Shown: in pieces, positions 49,602 to 61,467 of the stretch
Layout: each line of letters starts with the position of its first letter
Position numbering within the stretch: the first letter of the stretch is position 1
NCBI GenBank assembly: GCA_963720545.1
Contig: OY970399.1
Coordinates: 608,001 to 672,000 of the forward strand
DNA length: 64,000 bases
Direction of reading: 5' to 3'
Source of the DNA: an uncultured Acidobacteriota bacterium
GTDB lineage: Bacteria > Acidobacteriota > Vicinamibacteria > Fen-336
Program-made: the position numbers and the translations under genes
The notes under the pieces: generated by a model
The model's input: the letters and a program-made list of their open reading frames with translations, nothing else
Databases searched by the model: none
What the model was told of the DNA's origin: nothing

Positions 49602-50719
49602 TGCGTGACACGTTGCGGCGCATCGGCATCCTGTTCCGCAAGGAGATGCTCACGATCTTCAAGGATCCGCGCAGCCGCGTGATCCTGATCGGGCCGGCGA
49701 TCGTGCAGGCGCTGATCTTCGGCTACGCGGCGACCTACGACCTCAACAACGTCGCCTACGCGCTGCTCGACCAGGACCGCACCGCCGCGTCGCAGGAGCT
49801 CGCCGCCCGGCTTGCAGCCTCGCCCACCTTCCATTTGGTGGCGGTGCTCGACGAGCCGCGGCAGATCGCGGCCATCATCAACGAGAAGCGGGCGTTGCTG
49901 GTGGTGCAGATCGGGCCCAACTTCGAGCGCGACCTGGAAGCCGGGCGCAGCGTGCCGGTGCAGGTGGTGGTGGACGGCCGCAACAGCAACACCGCGGGCA
50001 CCGCCACCGGCTACATCGCGACGCTCCTCGAGTCTTTCAATGCGCTGCGTCGCGCCGATCTGGGCGGCGCCGATCCGCCTTTGGCGCTCGAGCAGCGCGC
50101 CTGGTACAACCCCAACCTCGAGACGCGCTGGAACATGATGCCGGGGATGATCGCGGCGCTCAGCATGCTGCAGACGTTGCTGCTCACGGCGTTGTCGGTT
50201 GCCCGCGAGCGCGAACAGGGCACGTTCGACCAGCTGCTGGTGACGCCGCTGCGTCCGGGCGAGATCATGGCCGGCAAGGCGCTGCCGTCGATCTTCATCG
50301 GCCTGCTGCAGTCGACGCTGGTGCTGCTGGTCGCGATCTTCTGGTTCCACATCCCGTTTGCCGGATCGCTGCTCGTGCTCTACACCGGCCTGGTCCTGTT
50401 CGTCACCGCTACGGTCGGCATCGGCCTCGCGATTTCCGCGCTTTCCGCCAACATGCAGCAGGCCATGCTGTTCACGTTCGTTCTGGTGGTGCCGCTGATG
50501 CTGCTCTCCGGGCTCACCACCTCGATCAAGAGCATGCCGCTGCCGATGCAGTACGCGACGCTCGTCAACCCGCTGCGCTACGCGGTGGACCTGGTGCAGC
50601 GCGTCTACCTCGAGGGAGTCGGCATGTCGTGGGTGGCCGGCGACCTCTGGCCGCTCGTCCTCATGGCCGCGGTCACGCTGCCGACCGCCGCGTGGCTGTT
50701 CCGCAACCGTCTCGTCTAA
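49601..50719 (+). CDS. ABC-2 permease (YbhR-like)
   Basis: WYNPNL, AREREQGTFDQLLVTP, NPLRY. Confidence 0.93.
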   Translation: MRDTLRRIGILFRKEMLTIFKDPRSRVILIGPAIVQALIFGYAATYDLNNVAYALLDQDRTAASQELAARLAASPTFHLVAVLDEPRQIAAIINEKRALLVVQIGPNFERDLEAGRSVPVQVVVDGRNSNTAGTATGYIATLLESFNALRRADLGGADPPLALEQRAWYNPNLETRWNMMPGMIAALSMLQTLLLTALSVAREREQGTFDQLLVTPLRPGEIMAGKALPSIFIGLLQSTLVLLVAIFWFHIPFAGSLLVLYTGLVLFVTATVGIGLAISALSANMQQAMLFTFVLVVPLMLLSGLTTSIKSMPLPMQYATLVNPLRYAVDLVQRVYLEGVGMSWVAGDLWPLVLMAAVTLPTAAWLFRNRLV

Positions 50720-50732
50720 ACAAGGAGTCGTC

Positions 50733-52259
50733 GTGATGCGTGTTTCCAGAGGTTCCGTAGTGTTGACGGTGGCAGCGATGGCGGCCGCCAGCGCCTTGTC
50801 GCCGGCGTGCGTGTCCGGTCCGCAGTTCGTGAAACCGGCCGCCGAGGCGCCGACCGCCTGGCGTTCACCGGCACCCGCGTCATCGCCGGTGGCCAGCGTC
50901 GCGGTGAGCGACGCGCCCGACCCGAAATGGTGGCGAGCGCTCGGCGATCCCACCCTCGACGCGCTCGAAGAGCGCGCTGCGGCGGCCAACCTCGACTTGC
51001 AGGAAGCTGCGCTGCGCCTGGCGCAAAGCCGCGTGCAGCGGCGGGTCGCGGGCGCCGAAGGCAAGCCCCGCCTGGATGCCAGCGCCTCGTACCAGCGCGA
51101 GCGCCAAAGCGAAGTGGGGGTCGGCACGCGCGTCATCGACGTGATCCCGGTGCCCGGCAAGGATGAGATCATCCGGGCGCTGAGCGAACCGTACAGCGTC
51201 TTCCAGGCCGGCTTCGACGCGTCGTGGGAGCTCGACCTGTTCGGGCGCGTGAAGCGCACGCTCGAAGCGGCCGATGCACGCACCCAGGCATCGGCCGAGA
51301 ATGCGCGCGACATCGCGCGGCTGATCGGCGCCGAGGTAGCACGCCGCTACGTCGAACTGCGCGGCACCCAGGCGTTGCTGGTGCTCGCACGCAGCGACGA
51401 GCAAGCGGCCGGCGAGCTCCTCGAGCTGACGCGCCAGCGCGCCGATGCGGGCCTCGTCACCGACCTCGACGTCACTCGGCAGCGCTCACTGCTCGCCGAG
51501 GTGCGCGCGCGCCTGCCGCAGCTCGAGGCGGCCGAGGACGAGGCGCTCAACAAGCTGGCGCTGCTGCTCGCGGCACAGCCGGGAACGCTGTCGCAGGAGC
51601 TGCGGGAACCCGCCGCGGTGCCGCTGGTGCCCGCGCGCGTGCCCGTGGGCCTGCCGTCGGACGTGGTGCGTCGGCGGCCCGACGTCCGCCAGGCCGAGGC
51701 GCGGCTGCACGCCGCGACGGCCGACATCGGCATCGCCATGGCCGACCTCTACCCGCGCATCAGCCTGGGCGGCAACGCCGGGTTGCAGTCGCTCGGCGCC
51801 GGCGACCTCGTCGACTGGGGTGCCCGCGGCTGGAGCATCGGCCCGTTCCTCAAGCTGCCGCTCTTCGACGGCGGAAGGCGCAAGGCAACCGTCGAGCTGC
51901 GCAAGGTGCAGCAGCAGGAGGCCGCCATCGCTTTCCGCAAGGCGGTGCTCGTCGCCTTCCATGAAGTTGACGATGCGCTCACCGGTTATGGCGCCGAGCA
52001 GCGCCGCCGCGAGCTCCTCGCCGAGGGCGTCTCGTCGGGCGAGGCGGCTTACGAGCTGGCGCGGACTCGCTACGAGCATGGCCTCACCGACTCGCTCGCG
52101 GCGCTCGAGGCCCAGCACAACCTCATCGCCAGCAGACGTGCCTGGGTCGAGAGCGGCACCGCCGTGGCGGTGCGCTTCGTCGCGCTCAACAAGGCCCTGG
52201 GCGGCGGTTGGGAGGCGCCGCAGGAAGACGGAACCGCCGTGGCCGGGGTGGTAAACTGA
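50733..52259 (+). CDS. Efflux outer-membrane lipoprotein, NodT/TolC family
   Basis: Lipobox-like PAC; WWRALGDPTL, SWELDLFG, RRRPDVRQAE, KALGGGW. Confidence 0.95.
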   Translation: MMRVSRGSVVLTVAAMAAASALSPACVSGPQFVKPAAEAPTAWRSPAPASSPVASVAVSDAPDPKWWRALGDPTLDALEERAAAANLDLQEAALRLAQSRVQRRVAGAEGKPRLDASASYQRERQSEVGVGTRVIDVIPVPGKDEIIRALSEPYSVFQAGFDASWELDLFGRVKRTLEAADARTQASAENARDIARLIGAEVARRYVELRGTQALLVLARSDEQAAGELLELTRQRADAGLVTDLDVTRQRSLLAEVRARLPQLEAAEDEALNKLALLLAAQPGTLSQELREPAAVPLVPARVPVGLPSDVVRRRPDVRQAEARLHAATADIGIAMADLYPRISLGGNAGLQSLGAGDLVDWGARGWSIGPFLKLPLFDGGRRKATVELRKVQQQEAAIAFRKAVLVAFHEVDDALTGYGAEQRRRELLAEGVSSGEAAYELARTRYEHGLTDSLAALEAQHNLIASRRAWVESGTAVAVRFVALNKALGGGWEAPQEDGTAVAGVVN

Positions 52260-52281
52260 GGTTCGCATCTGTCGTGTTCGT

Positions 52282-52641
52282 GGGGGCGCACCGGTTTCGA
52301 CGGGACCATCGACCCCGATAGACGCAGGCCGAGCGTGTCTACCGGCTCGATAATTCGGTGGAAAAGTCACACCTGCCAACGACAACTTGGCACTGGCCGC
52401 CTAACTAAACCTTAGGTAGCCCGCTTCCCTCTCCTGCGCCCGCCGGGGGAGACGAAGCGTCACTTAGTGGGCTGGTCCCAAGTCCTCGGTCCGGGGATGG
52501 AAGGACGAGATCAATCGGACTAGCCGCCGCCGGTTTTGTCCGGCCTTCACGGCGACGGCGAAATACCAGGCCGGACTAAGCCTGTAGGGTCTAGCGTAGG
52601 CGCGGTTCCGGACGCGGGTTCGATTCCCGCCGCCTCCACCA
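52282..52641 (+). ncRNA. ssrA: tmRNA; tag (A)NDNLALAA encoded at 52375-52404
   Basis: 5' GGGGGCG pairs with 3' CGCCTCC-ACCA (G3.U); GGTTTCGACGGG; T-arm GGTTCGATTCC. Confidence 0.97.
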
Positions 52642-52680
52642 TTTCGCGATGGCGCCGTGGCGCAGGATGAAGACGTTAGT

Positions 52681-52708
52681 GGAACTTCATCCGCGGCTCC
52701 TCGTCTAA
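52681..52708 (+). promoter_or_regulatory. Candidate ECF (sigmaE-like) promoter
   Basis: GAACTT-N16-TCTAA, 9 nt upstream of ATG 52718. Confidence 0.55.
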
Positions 52709-52717
52709 CCGGTCCAG

Positions 52718-53389
52718 ATGCTGCTGCCGGTTCACATTGCCGCCGGAGGCCTCGCGATCGTCCTGGGAGGGCTGGCCCTCGCCGCCGCGAAGGGCAGCTG
52801 GCTGCATCGCCGCGTCGGCCTCGTCTTCGTGGGCGCGATGGCGTTGATGGGCTCGACCGGAGCCGCAATGGCGTTCAGCAAAGGCGGGCTCACCAACCCG
52901 AACGTGTTTGCGGGCGGCATGGCCGTCTACTTCGTCCTGACCGCGTGGATGACCGTGCGCCCGGCGTCGCCCTGGACGCGGCGCATCACCGCGGCCGCCA
53001 TGACGATGGCGCTTGGCATTGCTTGTTGCGATGCGCTGTTCGGCATACGCGCCCTTGGCAGCCGAGGCGGAGTCCTCGACGGCGTCCCGTTCGCGATGTA
53101 TTTCTTCATGGGCAGCGTCCTGGCGCTCGCTGCGCTCGGCGACGCGCGCGTGCTCGTCTCCGGCCCGCCTCGCGGCAGCGCTCGACTGGCGCGGCACCTC
53201 TGGCGCATGTGCTTCGCGCTCTTCATCGCCGCAGGGTCCTTCTTCTCGCTGCGGGAGCGGGTGGCCGCTATCTTGCCCGAGCCCTTCACCTCAGCGCCGC
53301 TGCGGACCCTGCCGATCCTGCTGCCCTTCGCGGCGATGCTCTATTGGTTGTGGCGCGTCCGCCGGCGCCCGATGCCGTCTTTTAGCTGA
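52718..53389 (+). CDS. Multi-pass membrane protein (DUF2306-like)
   Basis: HIAAG, KGSWLHRRVG, RHLWRMC; ~6 TM. Confidence 0.75.
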   Translation: MLLPVHIAAGGLAIVLGGLALAAAKGSWLHRRVGLVFVGAMALMGSTGAAMAFSKGGLTNPNVFAGGMAVYFVLTAWMTVRPASPWTRRITAAAMTMALGIACCDALFGIRALGSRGGVLDGVPFAMYFFMGSVLALAALGDARVLVSGPPRGSARLARHLWRMCFALFIAAGSFFSLRERVAAILPEPFTSAPLRTLPILLPFAAMLYWLWRVRRRPMPSFS

Positions 53390-53456
53390 CCCCGAAGTCC
53401 TGAGGGCCACTCGCGCTTGCGCTGGCCCGAAGGACCCGCCGGTGCGACGATTGGCC

Positions 53457-54497
<1,041 letters not shown>

Positions 54498-54582
54498 CAT
54501 GCCGAACAACGCGCGGCGATAATCCTCGAGGAAACCCCACCCAAGTGCCTGAAACACTGCGATTTCCGAGGATGCCCCAGCG

Positions 54583-55980
54583 ATGAGCCTAGAGGACGAT
54601 CTCAAGAACCAGACGCTGGCGGCTGTGGCGCAGGGCGTCGATCAGTGGCAAGGCAACCTGCGCCGCGCACTCACCCAGCACGAAGAGACCGTCGCTCGCT
54701 CGCTCGACGCCCTGCAGCGTGCCGCCTCGCTGGACCTCGGATCCCTCGAACCCGGCCTTGCGGCGGCCATCTCGCGCGTCGTCGCGGATCAGCCGCCGCC
54801 GGCGGCTGCGGTCGTCGAACCGGCGCCGGCCGCGCCCGCCGACTACACGCAACTGCGCGCGGCGCTGCAGACGATCGATGCGGCGAAGACGCTCTCCGAC
54901 GCAATGATGGCGCTCGTGAACGAGTCGCTGCGCTTCACCACGCGCGCGCTGATGCTGGTGATCAAGGGCAACACCGCAATCGGCTGGTACGGCAAGGGCA
55001 TCGCCTCCGAAGCGGTGCGCGCCATCGGCGTCGCGGTGGACAGTGGCGACGGCGCGGTTGCGAACGTGTACCGCAGCAAGCAGCCGCTGCGTGGTGCAGC
55101 CGACAATGACGCCTCGCAATGGGCCGGCCTGCCGCTCGGCGGCTCCCCCGGTTCGCGTCATGCGGTGCCGCTGGTGCTGCGCGACCGCGTCGGGGCCATC
55201 CTTTATACGGACTCGCCGCGCGAAGCCGCGGCGCACGACCTCGACAGCGTCGAGATCCTCGTGCAATACGCCGCGCGCGTCATCGACCTCATCACGGTAC
55301 AGCGAGCGGTCGCGAAGGTTGCGACAGGCCCGAACCCCGCCGGCACGCCTCGCTCCGGTCCGGTGGCGGTGCGCCCCGGTTCGGGGCCGGTGCCGGTTGC
55401 CATGCCGCGCCCAGGCTCCGGCCCGGTTCCGGTCTCCCCGCGCGCCGGTTCGGGTCCGGTGAAGGTGCAGGTGCCGGCGCCTCGCTCCGGCGCGGTGCCC
55501 ATCATGCGCACAGCGCCCCCGGTCCCGGCCCCGGCACAGGCCTACGTCGCGGTGCCGATGTCGCCGGCGGTCCCCGTCACGGTGTCCGAGTCCGCGCAGG
55601 TGGTCGAGATCACCGAGGAAGACGGCGCCAGCACCCTAATCTTCGACAGCTCGACTGTCGCCGCCGCGCTGCAGGCGCCGCCGACCCCGCCGCCGGTGGC
55701 GGCGCCGGCGCTCAGCGACAGCCAGCAGAAGGCTCACGACCAGGCCAAGCGGTTCGCGCGGCTGGTGGTCAGCGAGATCAAGTTGTACAACGAGTCGAAG
55801 GTGACGGAAGGGCGACGGAATCGTGACCTCTACGAACGGCTCAGGGAGGACATCGAGCGCGGTCGGCAGGTTTACACCGAACGGGTGCCCGGCGACGTGC
55901 GTGAATCGACGAGCTATTTCTACGACGAGCTGGTTCGCGTCCTCGCCGCCGGCGACGCCAGCGCGCTCGGGCCGATGTAG
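54583..55980 (+). CDS. Hypothetical protein: GAF-like domain, Pro-rich repeats, helical C-terminal domain
   Basis: AVPLVLRDRVGAILYTD; AKRFARLVVSEIKLYNE. Confidence 0.75.
   Translation: MSLEDDLKNQTLAAVAQGVDQWQGNLRRALTQHEETVARSLDALQRAASLDLGSLEPGLAAAISRVVADQPPPAAAVVEPAPAAPADYTQLRAALQTIDAAKTLSDAMMALVNESLRFTTRALMLVIKGNTAIGWYGKGIASEAVRAIGVAVDSGDGAVANVYRSKQPLRGAADNDASQWAGLPLGGSPGSRHAVPLVLRDRVGAILYTDSPREAAAHDLDSVEILVQYAARVIDLITVQRAVAKVATGPNPAGTPRSGPVAVRPGSGPVPVAMPRPGSGPVPVSPRAGSGPVKVQVPAPRSGAVPIMRTAPPVPAPAQAYVAVPMSPAVPVTVSESAQVVEITEEDGASTLIFDSSTVAAALQAPPTPPPVAAPALSDSQQKAHDQAKRFARLVVSEIKLYNESKVTEGRRNRDLYERLREDIERGRQVYTERVPGDVRESTSYFYDELVRVLAAGDASALGPM
55348..55500 (+). repeat. Five in-frame R(P/A)GSGPV-like peptide repeats
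   Basis: PRSGPV, RPGSGPV, RPGSGPV, RAGSGPV, PRSGAV. Confidence 0.75.
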
Positions 55981-55984
55981 GTCG

Positions 55985-58150
55985 CTGCATCGGCACCTGG
56001 CCGCACCCGCCTCAGCCTTCCTCTTTCCCTTCCTGCTCGTCGCTGCCGCCGCCGCGCCTGTAGCCGCGGCCAGCACACAGGTGCGGCTCGGCCTCGAACC
56101 GGCGGACCGTGCCGAGACGGAACTGCGCGAAACCCTCGCGCGCCGCCGCACCATCGCCGACTTGTGGGCGCTCAGCGCACGCAATCCCGGCTCGACGGTC
56201 TCCGGGCTCGCGCAGGTCGCGGCGGGCTACGCGGCGCTCGGCTCCGCGAACCCGAAAGACGCGCTGACTTCGTTCCGCCACAAGGACGTGGCCGCGACCG
56301 AGCTCGGCGACGTCGCCGCGTTCGGGGAAGGTGAGGCGCTCGAAGCGCAGGGCAACGGCAACGCGGCAGCCGACGCCTACGCGCGCGCCGTCGCCAACCG
56401 GCCCGCGGGCACGCTGTCGTGCGAAGCCATCGTGCGCGGTTCCGAGCTGTACCTGCGCAAGGGCGATGCGCGCGCGGCGGCCGCGCTGCTCGACGCCGCT
56501 GCGCACTGCCCGCCGTCGAGCGAGCTGGTGGCGCGCGTCGCCGAGGCGCACGATGCCGCCGGCGACCGCGCGCTGGCGGCTGCCGCTTACGACCGGCTCG
56601 ACATCGAGTATCCGCAGTCGCAGGAGGCGCGCACCGCAGCGCCGCGGCTCGTGGCGCTGGCGTCGTTCCTGCCGCGCCTGTCGCCTGCCGACAGGACGCA
56701 GCGCGCCATCCGCAAGGCGGTGGCTGTGCTCGATGCGCGCGACTACCGGCGCGCCGCGCTGCTGCTGGGCGCCGTCGCCACGCAGGCGAGCGGCGAGGAC
56801 AAGTGGCTGGTGGCAACGCGCCTCGGGCAGGCGCTGAGCTCGTCGGGCCGCGCTCGTGAAGCCGACGCGGCCTGGCGCAGCGTGCCGGCGAACTCACCCT
56901 ATGCCGCCGAAGCCGCGTTTCGCCTGGCGCGCACGCGCAGCGGCGCGGCGAAGCTGACGGCGATGCGCACGGTCGCGGAGCGCTTTCCCAGGACGCCGTT
57001 CGCCGAGGAAGCGCTGCTGGCGATCGCCAACGAGGACCAGCGGGTCGGCAATCTCGGGGGGGCCGCGAAGACCTACCGCACGATGCTGCAGCAGTTTCCC
57101 GAAGGCCGCTACGTCGATCGCGCGCTCTGGCGCGCGGCGTGGGACGACTACAAGGCGCAGCGCTACGAACAGGTGGCCACGACGCTCGAGGCCGCGGCGC
57201 GCAGCCGCACCGGCAACGTGACCGCCGGCTACCTCTATTGGGCGGGACGTGCGCGCGAAAACCTCGGCGACAAGGATCGGGCGCGTACGCTGTGGGAGGA
57301 CGCGGTACGCCGCTACAAGGTGCACTACTACGGCACGCTCGCCGCCGACGCGCTGGCGCGGCTGCCGCCCCGGCCGGGCTCGCTCGCCACGCTGCGCACG
57401 CCGTTCGAGCCGCGGCTCGAGCTTCCCGACGCGGCGCTCGCGCGGGTCCGCCAGCTGGTGCTCATCGAGCGCTACGACACCGCGATTGCCGAGCTGGGAC
57501 AGCTGCCGGCCTCGAGCGCCACCGGTTCGGCGCTCGCCTGGATCGAGAATCGCCGCGGCCGGCTGCGGCCCGCGATCATCGCGATGAAGAGCGCCTTCCC
57601 CGAATGGGTGAGCGAAGGCGGCGATCACCTGCCCGCGGACGTGTGGCGGGTGATCTACCCGCTGGAGTTCCGCCAGTCGCTCGAGGAAAGCGCCGGCGAG
57701 CGTGGCCTCGACCCGGCGTTGCTGGCGGCGCTCGTCTGCCAGGAATCGACCTTCGACGCCAATGCGGTGAGCCGCACCGGCGCGCGCGGCCTGATGCAGA
57801 TCATGCCCGCCACCGGCCGGGTGCTGGCCCGCAGCCTCGGGCGCGTATGGAAAACGCTCATCCTCCATGAGCCCGAGGTGAGCATCGATTTCGGCTCCCT
57901 GTACCTTGCCAACATGCTGCGTCGCTTCGACGGCCGTGTGGAGCGGACCCTCGCGGCGTACAATGCTGGCCCCGGACGCGTGGACGCGTGGACCGCTTCC
58001 GATCGCGCCATGTCCGCCGAAGAATTCGTGGAAACCATTCCCTTCACCGAAACCCGCACTTACGTGATGACCATCCTCGCCTCGCGCGCCCAATACCGGC
58101 GCCTCTACTGGGATGGCGGGGCACGCAGCGCCTCGAGCCCCGGCCGGTGA
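55985..58150 (+). CDS. Soluble lytic transglycosylase (Slt-like) with TPR superhelix
   Basis: [33 protein letters not shown]; start uncertain (no ATG/GTG just before the signal peptide). Confidence 0.9.
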   Translation: MHRHLAAPASAFLFPFLLVAAAAAPVAAASTQVRLGLEPADRAETELRETLARRRTIADLWALSARNPGSTVSGLAQVAAGYAALGSANPKDALTSFRHKDVAATELGDVAAFGEGEALEAQGNGNAAADAYARAVANRPAGTLSCEAIVRGSELYLRKGDARAAAALLDAAAHCPPSSELVARVAEAHDAAGDRALAAAAYDRLDIEYPQSQEARTAAPRLVALASFLPRLSPADRTQRAIRKAVAVLDARDYRRAALLLGAVATQASGEDKWLVATRLGQALSSSGRAREADAAWRSVPANSPYAAEAAFRLARTRSGAAKLTAMRTVAERFPRTPFAEEALLAIANEDQRVGNLGGAAKTYRTMLQQFPEGRYVDRALWRAAWDDYKAQRYEQVATTLEAAARSRTGNVTAGYLYWAGRARENLGDKDRARTLWEDAVRRYKVHYYGTLAADALARLPPRPGSLATLRTPFEPRLELPDAALARVRQLVLIERYDTAIAELGQLPASSATGSALAWIENRRGRLRPAIIAMKSAFPEWVSEGGDHLPADVWRVIYPLEFRQSLEESAGERGLDPALLAALVCQESTFDANAVSRTGARGLMQIMPATGRVLARSLGRVWKTLILHEPEVSIDFGSLYLANMLRRFDGRVERTLAAYNAGPGRVDAWTASDRAMSAEEFVETIPFTETRTYVMTILASRAQYRRLYWDGGARSASSPGR

Positions 58151-58950
58151 GCTTCCGGCTCGGCGACTTCAAGGCCCAGATCGACCCGGCGGTGCGGCCG
58201 GTGAAGGACGGCAAGCGTATTGGCCGCGGCAACGACGCGCTGCGCAACGTGAAGATCACGCCCGCCATCAACAAGCACGCCGAAGGCTCGGCGTTCATCG
58301 AGATGGGCGACACCCGCGTCATCTGCACCGCGAGCGTGGAGGAGCGCGTGCCGATGTTCCTCAAGGGCAAAGCCGAAGGCTGGGTGACCTCGGAATACGG
58401 CATGCTGCCGCGCGCCACCGGCACCCGCTCGCAGCGCGAGGTGTCGCGCGGCGGCGCCTCGGGACGCACCCACGAGATCCAGCGCCTCATCGGCCGCTCG
58501 CTGCGCGCGGTGGTGGACATGAAGATGCTCGGCGAGCGCACGGTCACCGTCGACTGCGACGTGATCCAGGCGGACGGCGGCACACGCTGCGCTTCGATCA
58601 CCGGCGGTTACGTGGCGCTGGCGCTGGCGCTGCTGCGCCTGCGCAACCAGGGCACCATCGCCAAGCTGCCGCTGCTCGACCACGTCGCCGCCGTTTCCGT
58701 GGGACGCGTCGCCGGTGCGGTGCGCCTCGACCTCGACTACGAGGAAGACTCGAGCGCCGAGGTGGACATGAACGTGGTGAAGACCGGCCGCGGCCGCTTC
58801 ATCGAACTGCAGGGCACCGCCGAGCACCGCACCTTCACCGACGACGACCTTGCCGAGCTGCTGGCGGCTGCTGCTGCAGGCATCAACAGCCTGGTCGCGG
58901 CGCAAAGGGAAGTGCTGGGCGAACTCGCCTTCAGGAAGAGCGAAGACTGA
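58147..58950 (+). CDS. rph: Ribonuclease PH
   Basis: [46 protein letters not shown]. Confidence 0.97.
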   Translation: MSFRLGDFKAQIDPAVRPVKDGKRIGRGNDALRNVKITPAINKHAEGSAFIEMGDTRVICTASVEERVPMFLKGKAEGWVTSEYGMLPRATGTRSQREVSRGGASGRTHEIQRLIGRSLRAVVDMKMLGERTVTVDCDVIQADGGTRCASITGGYVALALALLRLRNQGTIAKLPLLDHVAAVSVGRVAGAVRLDLDYEEDSSAEVDMNVVKTGRGRFIELQGTAEHRTFTDDDLAELLAAAAAGINSLVAAQREVLGELAFRKSED

Positions 58951-60028
58951 GCAGGAACTCGCGCGCCGCAGCGAGCGACTGGCCGCGGTGGCTGAGGCGG
59001 TCTTTCTCCGCGGGCTGCATCTCGCCGAACGTCTGCTCCCGGCCCGCCGGGATGAACACCGGGTCGTAGCCGAACCCACCGGCTCCGCGCGGCTGCGCCG
59101 CGATGCGGCCCTCCACGTGGCGCTCCACCTCGAACAGGATCGCACCACCGTCGGCGATGGCGACGGCGCTCGTGAAACGTGCGCCGCGCTCGCCTGGCGC
59201 AACGCCCTCGAGCTTCGACAAGAGCAGCTGCACCCGTCCCGCGTCGTCGAGACCCTCACCGCCGAAGCGGGCCGAGTGCAGCCCCGGCCCGCCGTCCAGC
59301 GCCGCGACGCTGAGGCCCGAGTCGTCGGCGAGGGTCAGCAGCCCGCTGCGGCGCGCGTAGTGCCGCGCCTTTTGCGCGGCGTTCTCGAGGAAGGTTTCGC
59401 CGGTTTCCTCGGGCGACTGGTCGATGCCGATGTCGCGCGGCCCCACGATCGCGTAGGGCAGGCCGACGACGAGCCCCTTCATCTCGGCGAGCTTGCCGGC
59501 ATTCTGGCTCGCGACCAGGAGGCGCACCCGCGTCTCCCCCGCCGCGCGCCGCACGGTCTCTTCCTTCAAGCCGTAAAGCGACGGCGCCTCGATGCCCAGA
59601 GCGCCGAGCGAAGTGTAGAGCTGGCCGCGGTGATGGATCTCGTGCTCGAGCATCAGGCGCAGCCACTTTCCGGCATTGAGTTCGGCCCCGCCGGGTGTCA
59701 TGCACGGCTGCGCAAGCGTGTCGTCGGGGAGCGCGCCGAGGATCGCGACGGTTTCGGCGTGCAGGCGGTCGGTGAGTTCCAGAATCGCATCGCGGTCGGC
59801 GGCGAATTCCGGGCCGCATCCTTTGTAGGCGCTGGGACGGCCGGAAAGCGTCTCGGCCCACATGAACCGCTCGGTGAGTGCGATGTGGCGCGCGAGGTCG
59901 CCAGCCGAGAAGGCGCCGGCGTACGGCCGGCCCTCGACGTTGTCAGCCGGGATCTGCGCCACCACGCGCCGTGTGCGCCGGTGCACGCCCCGGAACTCGT
60001 CTACGAATTCCGCGATGCTGCGAAACAT
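58931..60028 (-). CDS. rdgB: DinB-domain / RdgB (HAM1) non-canonical purine NTP pyrophosphatase fusion
   Basis: N-term ARHIA...[11 protein letters not shown]-term [39 protein letters not shown]. Confidence 0.9.
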   Translation of the reverse strand: MFRSIAEFVDEFRGVHRRTRRVVAQIPADNVEGRPYAGAFSAGDLARHIALTERFMWAETLSGRPSAYKGCGPEFAADRDAILELTDRLHAETVAILGALPDDTLAQPCMTPGGAELNAGKWLRLMLEHEIHHRGQLYTSLGALGIEAPSLYGLKEETVRRAAGETRVRLLVASQNAGKLAEMKGLVVGLPYAIVGPRDIGIDQSPEETGETFLENAAQKARHYARRSGLLTLADDSGLSVAALDGGPGLHSARFGGEGLDDAGRVQLLLSKLEGVAPGERGARFTSAVAIADGGAILFEVERHVEGRIAAQPRGAGGFGYDPVFIPAGREQTFGEMQPAEKDRLSHRGQSLAAAREFLLSLRSS

Positions 60029-60057
60029 GTGGTGAGCGGCCCCTCGTGCGAACTGAT

Positions 60058-60136
<79 letters not shown>

Positions 60137-60195
60137 GTTTGGCGCCGCATCCGCAGTAGGATGCGGCCGAGAGATTGTAACGCGATGGTGATGCG

Positions 60196-61125
60196 ATGAA
60201 CGAAGTCGGAGTGCTCGTCGAGGAGCTGCGGCACGCCTTCGAAGGCTCGCCCTGGCACGGCCCTTCCCTGTTCGGTGTGCTCGGGCGGCTGACTGCGGAA
60301 ACCGCCGACCAGCGCGGCGCGGCGCCACACAGCCCGTGGCAGCTGGCGCTGCACATCCAGGCATGGGTGCCGGCCGTGCACCGGCGCCTCGACGGCAAGC
60401 GTGCCGACCTCGGTCCCGACGAAGACTGGCCCGCTGTGGTCGAGGCAAGCCCTCAGGCATGGATGGCGCTGCGCGCGGCGATCGAAGCCGACGAGGGCGC
60501 GCTGCTGCGCCGGGTTGCCGCGATGAGCGTCGATGCGCTGCACGCGCCGATTGTCGGCAAGCATTACGACGCCGCTTTCATGCTGCACGGCCTCGCACAG
60601 CACATCGCCTACCACAGCGGCCAGATCGCGATTCTCGAACGCAGCGGCCCCGACCAGGCGCGCGGCTTGCTGCGCCACGCTCTCGCCACTCTCGCCTATC
60701 GCGGCAGCAAGGCAATCCGCGGCGTGCCCGCGGGCTTCGGCGATTTCGAGGGCGGCTCCTCGCTGCGCACGCCGCTGCAGATCCTCGCCCACATCGGCGA
60801 CCTGTGCGACTGGAGCCTGGCGCTCCTCGCCGGCGAGCACAAATGGAGCGAAGCCACCGCCAGCGACTGGACCACACAGTCGGCGCGCTTCCACGCCGGT
60901 CTCGCCGCCATCGACGTGCGGCTCAACGACCCTCGCCCGCTCGGATGTTCGTGCGAGCGCATCTTCCAGGGGCCGATAGCCGATGCGCTGACTCACGTCG
61001 GCCAGATCGCGCTGCTGCGGCGCATGGCGGGCAGCCCGGTGCGCGGCGAAAACTACTTCAAGGCCGACATCCAGGCCGGCGTCCTCGGCGCGCAGCAGCC
61101 GCCGCCGCGCCGCGAATTCGACTGA
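60196..61125 (+). CDS. Tandem DinB/YfiT-like protein
   Basis: WHGPS..ALHI..HIAYHSGQI, then ILAHI..THVGQIALLRR. Confidence 0.85.
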   Translation: MNEVGVLVEELRHAFEGSPWHGPSLFGVLGRLTAETADQRGAAPHSPWQLALHIQAWVPAVHRRLDGKRADLGPDEDWPAVVEASPQAWMALRAAIEADEGALLRRVAAMSVDALHAPIVGKHYDAAFMLHGLAQHIAYHSGQIAILERSGPDQARGLLRHALATLAYRGSKAIRGVPAGFGDFEGGSSLRTPLQILAHIGDLCDWSLALLAGEHKWSEATASDWTTQSARFHAGLAAIDVRLNDPRPLGCSCERIFQGPIADALTHVGQIALLRRMAGSPVRGENYFKADIQAGVLGAQQPPPRREFD

Positions 61126-61169
61126 CCCGGGACGCCCGGGAGCCGCGTGCTAAAATCCGTCCCGGCAAG

Positions 61170-61246
61170 GCGCCTGTAGCTCAGATGGATAGAGCGGCAG
61201 CCTTCTAAGCTGCGGGTCAGGGGTTCGAGTCCCTTCAGGCGCGCCA
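61170..61246 (+). tRNA. tRNA-Arg(TCT)
   Basis: GCGCCTG...CAGGCGC-GCCA; loop CT-TCT-AA; TGCTAAAAT extended -10 at 61148-61156. Confidence 0.97.
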
Positions 61247-61265
61247 GCTCGATTCATTCCTCGTT

Positions 61266-61343
61266 GGTGGGTGTAGCTCAGCTGGTTAGAGCGCCAGGTT
61301 GTGGCCCTGGAGGCCGCGGGTTCGAATCCCGTCACTCACCCCA
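61266..61343 (+). tRNA. tRNA-His(GTG)
   Basis: G-1, GTGGGTG...CACTCAC-CCCA; loop TT-GTG-GC. Confidence 0.97.
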
Positions 61344-61382
61344 ATTTACGAGGATGTCAACGGCACGGTGTTGTACTAAACG

Positions 61383-61403
61383 CCCCCGGCGACGAGCCGG
61401 GGG
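61383..61403. terminator. GC hairpin after the tRNA operon
   Basis: CCCCCGGC-GACGA-GCCGGGGG. Confidence 0.5.
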
Positions 61404-61467
61404 AAACGGTACAGGCTGGAGCCGCTCGGCTTACTCGAGACGATCGGCTCTTTTGAAAACAGTCAGG

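Noticed and set aside
48779..50719. Apparent fused double permease (646 aa)
   Set aside because: Produced by frameshifts in the first permease; the second has its own ATG at 49601
53397..53435. Intergenic inverted repeat as a REP/MITE
   Set aside because: Only one copy seen; probably a simple terminator-like hairpin
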